From Myxococcota bacterium (GTDB lineage: Bacteria > Myxococcota_A > Polyangia > Nannocystales > Nannocystaceae): 64,000 nt of DNA. Made by a program: the position numbers and the translations under genes. This document shows, piece after piece, positions 47,494 through 56,240 of the stretch. Position 1 is the first letter of the stretch; the number at the start of each line of letters is the position of its first letter. The notes below the pieces were generated by a model. That model was not told where the DNA came from and did no database searches. It worked only from the letters and a program-made list of their open reading frames with translations. Location of the stretch: contig JBCCHT010000032.1 in assembly GCA_039028615.1 (NCBI GenBank), positions 64,001-128,000 of the forward strand, read 5' to 3'.

Positions 47494-48698
47494 GCGGAGG
47501 TCTCTTTGTCTTCGGGGCTCGGCTCAGCGGCGGGGGCAGGGGACGGCGCCGCCTCGGCCTTCGCCGCCTTGCGAGCGTCGCGGTCCCGCTGCACGTAGAC
47601 CCCCCGCAGCCGCATGAAGGGAGCCTCGATGCCGTTGAAGGCCAAGAAGCTCACCGCCAGCGAGACCGGGATGATGATGAGGCAGGTGTTGGCGGCCGCG
47701 TCCGCATAGGCCGACCACCCGAACGAGGTGTGGAAGTCGAAGAGCAGCCCGTGGTCGTGCAGCCCCTGCATGACCATGAAGTGACACAGGTAGGTCGAGA
47801 AGCTGAGGTCCCCCAAAAACGCCAGCGGCTTGGAGATGAGCCGCGGCAGCACCCGGGAGAAGCTCAGGTAGCAGAACACGAAGACGGTGCACGCCACGGC
47901 CTCGACGGTGGGCCACAGCGCCTTCCACCACACCTGCAGGGGCCACCCGCCCAGCTGGTTGAGCGAGAAGGTGCAGCCGAAGAACGCCGCGAGGCCCAGC
48001 AGGATGAGCCAGGGGGAGCGCTCGGCGACGTTGTAGCGCAGGTGGGCGCGCGCCAGCAGCATGCCCAGGATGAACGCGTCGATGCGCCCGGGCAGGTGCC
48101 AGTAGTTCATGTCGCGGACCGAGTTGCCGACCAGGAACCCGATGAGGCGCAAGGCGATGGCAAAGGCCAGCAGGTACAGCAGCGGCTTGGCGCCCTCGCG
48201 ATTGAGGAAGGTATTGAGGAAGGGGAAGATGAAATAGAACTGGACCTCGACCGCCACCGTCCAGAAGGTCGTGGAGATGGGCCACAGCTGGAGCGCGGCC
48301 AGGCTGTTGCCCATGAGCATCGAGGCCGAGGCCAGCGCGCCGTCCAAGCTCACCCGCTCGGGGAACACGGCCATCCCGAAGAACACGACGGTCAGGTAGA
48401 CGGGCGCCACCCGCAGCGCTCGGTTGCGCATGAAGGGCAGGTACCGGATGTCCCGCCCCGCGCCGACGAGCGAGAACATGAAGCCCGAGACGACGAAGAA
48501 CAGCGTGACCACGATGTGGGTCTCGATGAACAGAGACCAGATCGGGTTGTTGGTGGAGATCCACGTGTCGGGCGTCAGGCCGGGGGACTCCCAGCGGCGG
48601 TGGATCAACCAGAAGCTGTGGTGGAAGACGACGAGCAGCGACGCAAACGCGCGGATGTGATCGACCCCCGCGATGTACTCGATGTTCTTGCTGCGCAC
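47490..48698 (-). CDS. Acyltransferase-3 (OafA-like) membrane O-acyltransferase
   Basis: D.IRAFA..LVV.HH, V.LFFVVSGF, NRALR..P.Y, WTVAVEVQFY, GDLSFSTYLCH, IE.PF; 4-nt overlap with the GT-C gene. Confidence 0.9.
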   Translation of the reverse strand: MRSKNIEYIAGVDHIRAFASLLVVFHHSFWLIHRRWESPGLTPDTWISTNNPIWSLFIETHIVVTLFFVVSGFMFSLVGAGRDIRYLPFMRNRALRVAPVYLTVVFFGMAVFPERVSLDGALASASMLMGNSLAALQLWPISTTFWTVAVEVQFYFIFPFLNTFLNREGAKPLLYLLAFAIALRLIGFLVGNSVRDMNYWHLPGRIDAFILGMLLARAHLRYNVAERSPWLILLGLAAFFGCTFSLNQLGGWPLQVWWKALWPTVEAVACTVFVFCYLSFSRVLPRLISKPLAFLGDLSFSTYLCHFMVMQGLHDHGLLFDFHTSFGWSAYADAAANTCLIIIPVSLAVSFLAFNGIEAPFMRLRGVYVQRDRDARKAAKAEAAPSPAPAAEPSPEDKETSA

Positions 48699-48910
48699 GC
48701 CCAGCCCGCTCCCAGCGCGAAGCTCGCACTGGTCTCAATGGTCGCGCAAGGCGGACGACTTGGCGATGCGCGCTTGGCGTCAGGCAGATCGAGGGCTACG
48801 GTGAAGCGTTAGCGCAAAGGCGGCAGCGTCGTTCCATGGTGCGTGGCGGCACATTCTCAGTCCGACAGGGGGCCAAATGCGGGTTTTCGCCCAGAAGCGG
48901 AAACTGCGCG

Positions 48911-48937
48911 GGAACTCTTGGGCACGGAATTCCGTGT
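48911..48937 (+). promoter_or_regulatory. Candidate ECF-sigma autoregulatory promoter
   Basis: GGAAC-N17-CGTGT directly upstream of the ECF sigma gene. Confidence 0.5.
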
Positions 48938-48947
48938 GAGGAGTCAG

Positions 48948-49556
48948 GTGACCGAGGCCATCTCGATCAGACCGGTGCCTGATCGCCCCACCCGAGCGCC
49001 CGAACTCGACGAGGTCACCCTCGCGAGGGCGCAACGGGGCGATCTGCGCGCCAAGCGGGCTCTGGTCGAGCGATACCAGCGACCGGTGGTCGCGCTCGTG
49101 TCTCGGTTGCTCCGCGGTCAGGCCGATCCGGGCCTGGTCGAGGACATCGCCCAGGAGACGTTCCTCCGGGTGTTTCGAGCCCTACCCAAGTTCGATCGTC
49201 ATGGCCCGGCCCGTCTGTCGACCTGGATCCTCACCATCGCGAGCCACCGCTCGATCGACGAGCTGCGTCGGCGTCGGCTGGACACGCGACCCTTCGATCC
49301 CACGGCATTCGAGATCCCGGCCAACGACCGAGCCGACGCGACGGCGGAGCGAACGATGTTGGCCCGGCTGCTGAGTGACGCGGTCGACAGCCTGTCGCCC
49401 GAGTACCGGGCGGCGTTCGTGCTGCGCGAGTATCATGGCCTGGAGTACGCCGAGATCGCGCGGGTGTTGGGCATCGACTTGGGCACGGTCAAGTCCCGGT
49501 TGAGCCGGGCCCGAAGCCGCCTTCGGAAGGCGCTGGCGGAGGTCTACCATGGGTGA
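48948..49556 (+). CDS. ECF RNA polymerase sigma factor
   Basis: EDIAQETF, STW..TIA....D..RR, LSPEYR.AF.LR...GL.Y.EIA..LG...GTVKSRLSRAR; GAGGAG RBS (alternative GTG 48975). Confidence 0.93.
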   Translation: MTEAISIRPVPDRPTRAPELDEVTLARAQRGDLRAKRALVERYQRPVVALVSRLLRGQADPGLVEDIAQETFLRVFRALPKFDRHGPARLSTWILTIASHRSIDELRRRRLDTRPFDPTAFEIPANDRADATAERTMLARLLSDAVDSLSPEYRAAFVLREYHGLEYAEIARVLGIDLGTVKSRLSRARSRLRKALAEVYHG

Positions 49557-51330
49557 CGACGACGAACGCGGCGGCGTAAAGGCGGCTTTGAACGAAGCCG
49601 TGATCGATGCTCGCTTCGGGCAGGCCCTCGATGCATGGCGCGAGCTCGGCCCCGAGGACGATCTCGGGACCGACTTCATCGATCGGGTCATGAAGGCCGA
49701 AGAGGCCCGGGCCCGCCCGCGGGTGGTTGCGCTCAGCGACGACGATGCGCCCATGGCCGTCGCCCAGCGCCCGAGCTCTCGGCGCTGGCGCTGGGGCTTG
49801 GCCGCGGCCAGCATCGCCGGCTTGCTGACGCTGGGGCTCCGGCCGTGGTCGGGCGACTCCTTGCCGGGCGCGTTGGTCGAGGCCGATGCGCCGAGCACCG
49901 CCGAGGCGGTGGCCGGGGTCGGCGATGGGTTCGAGGTCCCCGAGCTGACGGCCGAAGGCGTGCCCGGGCAGCCCTTGCCGCCCGACTTCGGCACCAGCAT
50001 CGAGTCGTATATCGAAGAGTACGGCCGCAACTACGGGCCCGCGTTCAAGTTCCACGGCGTGGTGCTGGTGGCTCGTCGCGGCGAGGTCCTCTATCAACGC
50101 GGCTTCGGCCTGGCCGATGCCATCGAGGGCACGCCCAACACCATCCACACTCGCTTCCGCCTCGGGCTGCTCACCGAGCCCTTCACCGCGCTGGCGATCC
50201 TCCAGCTGCGCGACCAGGGCAAGCTGAGCCTCCGCGACACCCTCGACGAGCTGGTGCCCGAGCTGCCTCGCGGCGGCCACATCACCATCGCCGACCTGCT
50301 CTCGCATCGCTCCGGCATTCCCAACTACACCGATCTTCCCGAGTTCTCCGAGTGGAAGTCCAAGCCCACCGACTCGGTCACCATGCTCGAGCGCATCGCC
50401 GCCCTGCCGCTGCAGTTCGCACCGGGCAGCGCCACCGCGCCGAGTAACTCCAACTACTACTTGCTCGGCCTCATCATCGAGCGGGTCACGGGGGACACCT
50501 ACGCCGAGTTCATGCAGCGCAGCGTGTTCGAGCCCGCGGCGATGGGAGACAGCAGCTTCGGCGACGCCTGGGACAGCGGCGAGCAGGCCCGGGGCAACGT
50601 GTGGAACGAGGGCGAGTTCCTCGAGCCGCCCGAGCCCATCGACATGAGCAACTTCGGCGCCGCGGGTGGCCTCGTCGCGAGCCCGGCCGACATGGTCGCG
50701 TGGGACCGAGCCCTGAGCGCGGGCACCCTGTTGTCGGGCGAGAGCCTCGACGAGATGGGCACGCCCTCCGAGGACGGCTACGGCTATGGCTGGGTCGTCA
50801 GCCGGGCCTACGGCCAGCGTTTGCTGAGCTTCCCCGGCGCCATCGATGGCTACAGCGGCTCGGTGCTGCGCTTCCAAGAGGACGGAACCTTGGTGGTCGT
50901 GTTGGCCAATACCGAGGTCGTGCCCGGGGCCCAGGTCGCCCAAGACGTCGCCATGATGGTCCACGGCGATCAGCCGGCCGTGCGCAACGAGCCGGCCGAG
51001 ATCAGCGTCGCGCCGGGCACCTATGCCCGCTATGTGGGCACCTACGGCATCTCGCAGCAGACCCGCGAGGCCCTGGCCGACTCCGTGCCCGCGGGCGGCT
51101 TCGCCCCCTTCGAGACGGTGCACGTCGAGCAAGAAGACGATCGGCTGTACTTCAACCTGCCCGGCCACGCCCGCACGTGGATGCACCCCATGGGTCGCCA
51201 CCGGTTCTTCTTCAAGGACCACTCCGGCAACAAGGTCAGCTTCGAACTCGACGGCGGCACGCAGGCCGCTCGCATGACCGTGCACTATCCCGGCGTGCAG
51301 CTGGTGCTCGACCGCAAGCCTTCTGGTTGA
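49549..51330 (+). CDS. Anti-sigma-like membrane protein fused to a catalytically degenerate serine beta-lactamase/PBP-fold domain
   Basis: 8-nt overlap with sigma gene; cytoplasmic LDAW...DFIDRVM, one TM; beta-lactamase scaffold (GFGLAD, ITIADLLSHRSG, AAGGL..S..DM) with altered SxxK, YxN and HxG. Confidence 0.8.
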   Translation: MGDDDERGGVKAALNEAVIDARFGQALDAWRELGPEDDLGTDFIDRVMKAEEARARPRVVALSDDDAPMAVAQRPSSRRWRWGLAAASIAGLLTLGLRPWSGDSLPGALVEADAPSTAEAVAGVGDGFEVPELTAEGVPGQPLPPDFGTSIESYIEEYGRNYGPAFKFHGVVLVARRGEVLYQRGFGLADAIEGTPNTIHTRFRLGLLTEPFTALAILQLRDQGKLSLRDTLDELVPELPRGGHITIADLLSHRSGIPNYTDLPEFSEWKSKPTDSVTMLERIAALPLQFAPGSATAPSNSNYYLLGLIIERVTGDTYAEFMQRSVFEPAAMGDSSFGDAWDSGEQARGNVWNEGEFLEPPEPIDMSNFGAAGGLVASPADMVAWDRALSAGTLLSGESLDEMGTPSEDGYGYGWVVSRAYGQRLLSFPGAIDGYSGSVLRFQEDGTLVVVLANTEVVPGAQVAQDVAMMVHGDQPAVRNEPAEISVAPGTYARYVGTYGISQQTREALADSVPAGGFAPFETVHVEQEDDRLYFNLPGHARTWMHPMGRHRFFFKDHSGNKVSFELDGGTQAARMTVHYPGVQLVLDRKPSG

Positions 51331-51388
51331 GCCTCGCCGTCACGGAGCTTGTCTGGCCACGGTGCTGGCGAGACAATCTCCGTGCACC

Positions 51389-52129
51389 ATGAAGATTACT
51401 CGCCGTCGCGCCATGCAACAGACCACGCTGGGGAGCCTCGGCGCGGCCCTGTCCGGTTGTGCTCCCGTGTCCGCGGCCGGTTCTTCGCCTCCGTCTTCGT
51501 CGGAGGTCGCCACGGTCGCGTCGAGCTACGTGGCCGAGCCTTTGCCCTTCGATCCGAGCACTCTGCCCGGGTTGTCCGAGGGCCTGCTTCGCTCGCACCA
51601 CGACAAGAACTACGCGGGGGCGGTGAAGAAGCTCAACGGTGCGCGCGAGCACCTTGCCGCCCTCGACGAGCAGGCGCCAGGCTACGTGTTGCAAGGCCTG
51701 ACGCAGAGCGAGCTGGCCTTCAAGCACTCGGTGGTGCTGCACGAGCTGTACTTCTCGAACCTCACTGGAGGAGGGTCGAAGGGGTCGGCGACGACTCGCC
51801 TGCTGTCCGAGCACTTCGGCGGTGCCGCGGCCTGGGAGCAGCGATTCCGGGCGCTGGGAGGCAGCCTCGGCGGCGGGAGCGGCTGGGCGATCATCGAGTA
51901 CGATCTGCACGAAGGGGTGCCGCGCATGTACAGCGCCGCGGATCACACCCAGGGGATGTCGACCGGGATTCCGTTGCTGGTGCTCGACATGTACGAGCAC
52001 AGCTACCACATGGACTACGGCACGGCGGCGGCGCGCTACATCGATGCGTTCTTCGCCAACCTCCACTGGGAGGAGCTCGATCGGCGTACGGCCACCGCGT
52101 TGGCGATGGCCGAGTGCTCGGCGCGCTGA
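51389..52129 (+). CDS. Fe/Mn superoxide dismutase family (ChrC-like) with Tat/lipoprotein signal
   Basis: TRRR..LSGC leader; SHHDKNY, LHELYF, GSGW, LDMYEHSY. Confidence 0.85.
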   Translation: MKITRRRAMQQTTLGSLGAALSGCAPVSAAGSSPPSSSEVATVASSYVAEPLPFDPSTLPGLSEGLLRSHHDKNYAGAVKKLNGAREHLAALDEQAPGYVLQGLTQSELAFKHSVVLHELYFSNLTGGGSKGSATTRLLSEHFGGAAAWEQRFRALGGSLGGGSGWAIIEYDLHEGVPRMYSAADHTQGMSTGIPLLVLDMYEHSYHMDYGTAAARYIDAFFANLHWEELDRRTATALAMAECSAR

Positions 52130-52291
52130 CGACCGATGGGCCCAGGAAGGCCCTCGTGAGCCGTTTCGCGCCCGGTCTCCGTGGTTCGAGCCGATTACGC
52201 GCTGTCTTGAACGCCAGCCGGATTGCGTCGGGATCCGCTCGAAACCCCCGGCTTTACAGCATGGAATCTCCCAACGTAGCGTCGCTTCGAC

Positions 52292-53551
52292 ATGGCTTCG
52301 ACTCGACGATGGGTGGTCCCGGTGAGCCTCGCATCACTGGCCTCGGTGCTGGCGTGCAGCGGAGGCGAAGGCATGACGAGGGGGCCGACGACCACGACCG
52401 GCGAGGACGGCACCACCGGCTCGATCACGACCTTCGATCCGACGACGACCATCGATCCCAGCGACCCGACGCTGACCGGCAGCACCTCGGGGTCCGGCGC
52501 GGGCTCGGGCGACGAGGATTCATCCGAGGGCAGCGGCGCCACCGACGGCGGCAGCACGAGCACGAGCACGGGCGAGGGCGAGGGCGACTCGAGCAGCGGG
52601 GTGGTCGACGACGACGCCCCGTCGGTGCAGTCCACGATGCCGGCCGACCTCGAGTCGGGGGTGGCACCCGACGCCACCCTCACGATCGAGTTCGACGAGG
52701 TCATGGACCCGGCCACCGTCACCGCCGACACGATGGACGGCCCGTGCATGGGCTCGGTGCAGGTCTCGGTCGACGACTTCGCGACCTGCATCGCCATGGC
52801 GGGCGCGCCCACCAGTGCCGACGACACGAGCTTCGAGCTCGCCCCGGCCGACCTCCTGCCGAGCACGGCCACGGTTCGCGTGCGGGTGCTCGACACGGTG
52901 ACCGATGCGGCCGGCAACGCGATGGAGGCCGAGTTCACCACGCCGATGGGCTTCGTCGTGCGGTACTTCCACCCGATAGTGATCGACGGGCTCGACGACT
53001 TCGGGCCGGCCGAGACCTTTGCCACCTCGACCGTCGGCCACGAGGGGCGGATCGCCTGGGATGCCGACTTCCTGTACATCGGGATGGACAGCCCGGATAT
53101 CGCCGCGGGCAACGACCAGGTGTGGCTGGTCGCGTACGTCGGAGGCGTGGGCGGGGGCAACCCCATCGGGGTCACCTACAACACGCAGACGCCCACGCTG
53201 TCCTTCGACGCGCGCTGGCACCTGCGCTGGCGGGCCGACGGGGGCTTCGTGGGCGGGCTCGAGTGGAACGGGGTCGCGTGGGTCGATGCGACCTTCACCA
53301 TCGAGCCGACCGACGTGGCGGCCAGCGGCAGCTTCGTGGAGATGCGCGTGCCGTGGACGGTGATCGGCAACCCGACCACGCTCGACCTGCACCTGGGCCT
53401 GCTGCGGGAGCAGGACCTCAACGAAGCGAGCTGGGCGGCGGTGCCCGAGTCGTCGTACGTCGATGGGTACAACCCGAGCTACTCCGCGCTGTTTCAGTTC
53501 GATCGGTACGGATCCACCGAGCCGGGGTCTTACGTCCCCATGGTGCGGTAG
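52292..53551 (+). CDS. Lipoprotein with Big_5 Ig-like and DOMON/CBM9-like domains
   Basis: VLAC lipobox; FDEVMDPATV, TDAAGN; IDG..DF, WDADFLYIG, EMRVPW. Confidence 0.72.
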   Translation: MASTRRWVVPVSLASLASVLACSGGEGMTRGPTTTTGEDGTTGSITTFDPTTTIDPSDPTLTGSTSGSGAGSGDEDSSEGSGATDGGSTSTSTGEGEGDSSSGVVDDDAPSVQSTMPADLESGVAPDATLTIEFDEVMDPATVTADTMDGPCMGSVQVSVDDFATCIAMAGAPTSADDTSFELAPADLLPSTATVRVRVLDTVTDAAGNAMEAEFTTPMGFVVRYFHPIVIDGLDDFGPAETFATSTVGHEGRIAWDADFLYIGMDSPDIAAGNDQVWLVAYVGGVGGGNPIGVTYNTQTPTLSFDARWHLRWRADGGFVGGLEWNGVAWVDATFTIEPTDVAASGSFVEMRVPWTVIGNPTTLDLHLGLLREQDLNEASWAAVPESSYVDGYNPSYSALFQFDRYGSTEPGSYVPMVR

Positions 53552-53723
53552 GGGTCGCGCCGACCGGTCCACCGTCTCGAAGTAGGTGCGAAACCGACAG
53601 TGGCAGATTCGGCCGATTGGCAGGTGCTCGATCGCATCGCATTCAATGGATCGAAGTGAGGTTCAGGCGTTCCCCGAGGAGTGCGTCACGCACGGCCTCG
53701 GCTATGCTCTGGCACCCCCCGGC

Positions 53724-55475
53724 ATGGCGCGCAATTACTCGATTTTCCCCAAGAACGGCCTTCTCGCGACCATGGGCCTGCTGGTCGCGTGCTACTCGAG
53801 CATCGACGGCTCCGAGGACGGCGGCGGCGGTGGTGGCGACCACTCGATCCCCGACGTGCCCGCGACCTGCGAGGGCTTCGACGCCCAAGACATCAGCAAT
53901 CCCGACGCCGTGATCTCGGGCGCCGATTGCAACGAGGACGCGATTCGAGCCGCGGTCGAGGCCGGTGGGACCGTGCGCGTGGAGTGCCCCGATGGCCCGG
54001 TCTCCTTCACCGAGCACATCGAGATCCGCAGCGACACCGTGCTCGATGGCGCGGGGGTGACCGTGTTCGACGGCGGCGGCGTGACACGCCTGCTGTTCAA
54101 GCCCTCGGGCCCCGATCTCTACGTCCAGAACATCACCCTGCAAAACGGTCGCGCCCCCGATGCTACCGGCAACCCGGAGGTGACTGGAGCCAACTGGTTC
54201 AACTGGGCCGGCGGTGCAATTTTGGCACATGGGCACGAGTCCGGTCAGCGCATCGGCGGGGGGCTTTATGGCAAGAACCTGGTGTGTCGCAATAGCAGCA
54301 CTGGGGCGAACAGCCGCGATCCGGAGTCGGGACAGATCCTCGACACCGGCACGGGCGGTTGCGTCTACGCCTTCCACTCGCGCTTCCATTGCGACGGCTG
54401 CGAGTTCACCGACAACCGAGCCACGCTGGGCGGTGCCGTGGGCAGCCTGGGCTCGAAGGTGCTGCTGACCAACGGCGTGTGCGTGGGCAACGAAGCCCGC
54501 TACGACACCTCGGACAACGTCAACCAGGGCTTTGGCGGTTGTCACTATCAGGACGGGACCGAGACCGGCCCGGGCGAAGACGAGACCAACTACGTGCACT
54601 TGTGCGGCAACTACATGGCCGGCAACCACGCGGATGCGTCGGGCGGTGCGATCTCGATCTTCTACCGACAAGGCACGCGCACCTCGATCGCCGTCGTCAG
54701 CAATGTCTGCGAGGGTAACTCGGGCGGCGACTCCGGCGATCTGTATCAAGGCGGCGGGTGCATGTACTCGTTCGTCGACCCGGATACGCGCATCCCGTGG
54801 GCGCCCGACGAGGGCCCCGACGAGTTCATCGTCAGCCGCAATGCGTTCATCGAAAACTCGGCCGAGTACTTCGGTGGCGGCGCGTCGATCTACAACATCT
54901 GGAACACGGCCACGCGCTTCGACAACAACCTGTTCCTGCGGAACGAAGTTCGGACCACCGATCAGAGCACGGGCGGCGGCGGTGGCCTCGGGCTTCTGGG
55001 GGCGTTCTTCGATGTCGAGCACAACACCTTCATCGGCAACCGCGCCAACAACTGGGCGGGCGGCATCACGCTGGGGGCGGGCGGTGTGGCACTTCGCAAC
55101 AACCTATTCTTCGAGAACTACGCGCCGGTCTCCATGGGCAGCTCCGACCTATCGCCGACCGAGCACGTCAATTGGCACCTCGACGAGGCCGATGACGGGC
55201 GCGACGAGGGCTTTTTGGTGTTCGCCAGCGACGGCAACCTGTTCTCGCCCGCAACGAGCCCCACGGGCCAGCCACGGCCTTCTCCGGGCGGCACCGTGCT
55301 CGATCAGGACCCGCAGGTCGGCGAGCTCGTGCGCGACGGCTTCCCGTACTACGTGCCGCTGAACTCCTCGAGCCCGGCCATCGACGCGGGCACCGATGCG
55401 TCGTCCGTCGACGTCGACATCCGCGGTGAGGCGCGCTCGGGAGCACCGGATATCGGTGCATTCGAAGCGGGCTGA
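53724..55475 (+). CDS. Right-handed beta-helix surface protein (GGA/FxxN repeats)
   Basis: LVAC lipobox; repeated GGAI/GGA/F..N; C-terminal SPAIDAG...D.RG.AR...PDIGAFE. Confidence 0.8.
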   Translation: MARNYSIFPKNGLLATMGLLVACYSSIDGSEDGGGGGGDHSIPDVPATCEGFDAQDISNPDAVISGADCNEDAIRAAVEAGGTVRVECPDGPVSFTEHIEIRSDTVLDGAGVTVFDGGGVTRLLFKPSGPDLYVQNITLQNGRAPDATGNPEVTGANWFNWAGGAILAHGHESGQRIGGGLYGKNLVCRNSSTGANSRDPESGQILDTGTGGCVYAFHSRFHCDGCEFTDNRATLGGAVGSLGSKVLLTNGVCVGNEARYDTSDNVNQGFGGCHYQDGTETGPGEDETNYVHLCGNYMAGNHADASGGAISIFYRQGTRTSIAVVSNVCEGNSGGDSGDLYQGGGCMYSFVDPDTRIPWAPDEGPDEFIVSRNAFIENSAEYFGGGASIYNIWNTATRFDNNLFLRNEVRTTDQSTGGGGGLGLLGAFFDVEHNTFIGNRANNWAGGITLGAGGVALRNNLFFENYAPVSMGSSDLSPTEHVNWHLDEADDGRDEGFLVFASDGNLFSPATSPTGQPRPSPGGTVLDQDPQVGELVRDGFPYYVPLNSSSPAIDAGTDASSVDVDIRGEARSGAPDIGAFEAG

Positions 55476-56240
55476 TCCATTCGGTGCAACCGATTCGGCT
55501 CGTCGGTCATACCCTCCTTCGACCGACCATCGGGCCGTCGTAGCTCGGTACCATTCGAGGGTATGTCGGTGTCCTACGTAAGTACGTGAGTCCGAAAAAA
55601 ACGGTCTCGAGAATGCGGACGTTTATGCCGAGTCAAAGTTGCATGAGTGGACCAAAGAAGGCCCGATCACAACGATGTGCGGTGTGGCAAGAGATTTTTT
55701 GCTTTCAGACTTGTTGCAAGGTGTAAACGCGCTAACTTTTAATCATCGCCCGAAAACGGCGGGGTTTGGCTAGGCGACTGATAGTGGAATGGAAGCTAGC
55801 CAAGTGCCGTTTTCGAGTGGGGGTCACGGGGTCGATGAAGAGACTGCCAGCACGATGATGACTCTCCCGATTTAAACCGCTGACAACCACGGTGACCGAC
55901 GCTGCCGATTGGGCACGCGACGGGCACTCGAAACAATCCGACCCGCAACCACGCCGGGACTCTTCGCTCGATGGAGCGAATCTCCCCACGGCCAGTCCCC
56001 TGGCCGCAAGTCCCGACGTGCACCACCACCCGACGCGTCCGCCCCTAGGACCCGTCGTCATCCCGACACTCGCAATCTCCCCGAGTCCTGCCACGCGCAC
56101 GTGCAGGCTCTGCCGACGGTGCTCGCCCCCTAGAGCACGAGTGTCTCGTCATGCTCATGCCCAAGGCTCCCTCCCCGGGCCGATGGGGCGTGTTTCGTGG
56201 CGATTCGCCCACCCATCCGAGACGAAGGAATCGCTCCCCG

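Noticed and set aside
49549..51330. Annotation as an active beta-lactamase resistance gene
   Set aside because: The catalytic Ser, Lys, Tyr and HxG positions are all substituted
55685..55703. TGGCA...TTGC resembling a sigma54 promoter
   Set aside because: GG-to-GC spacing is 13 nt instead of the required 10
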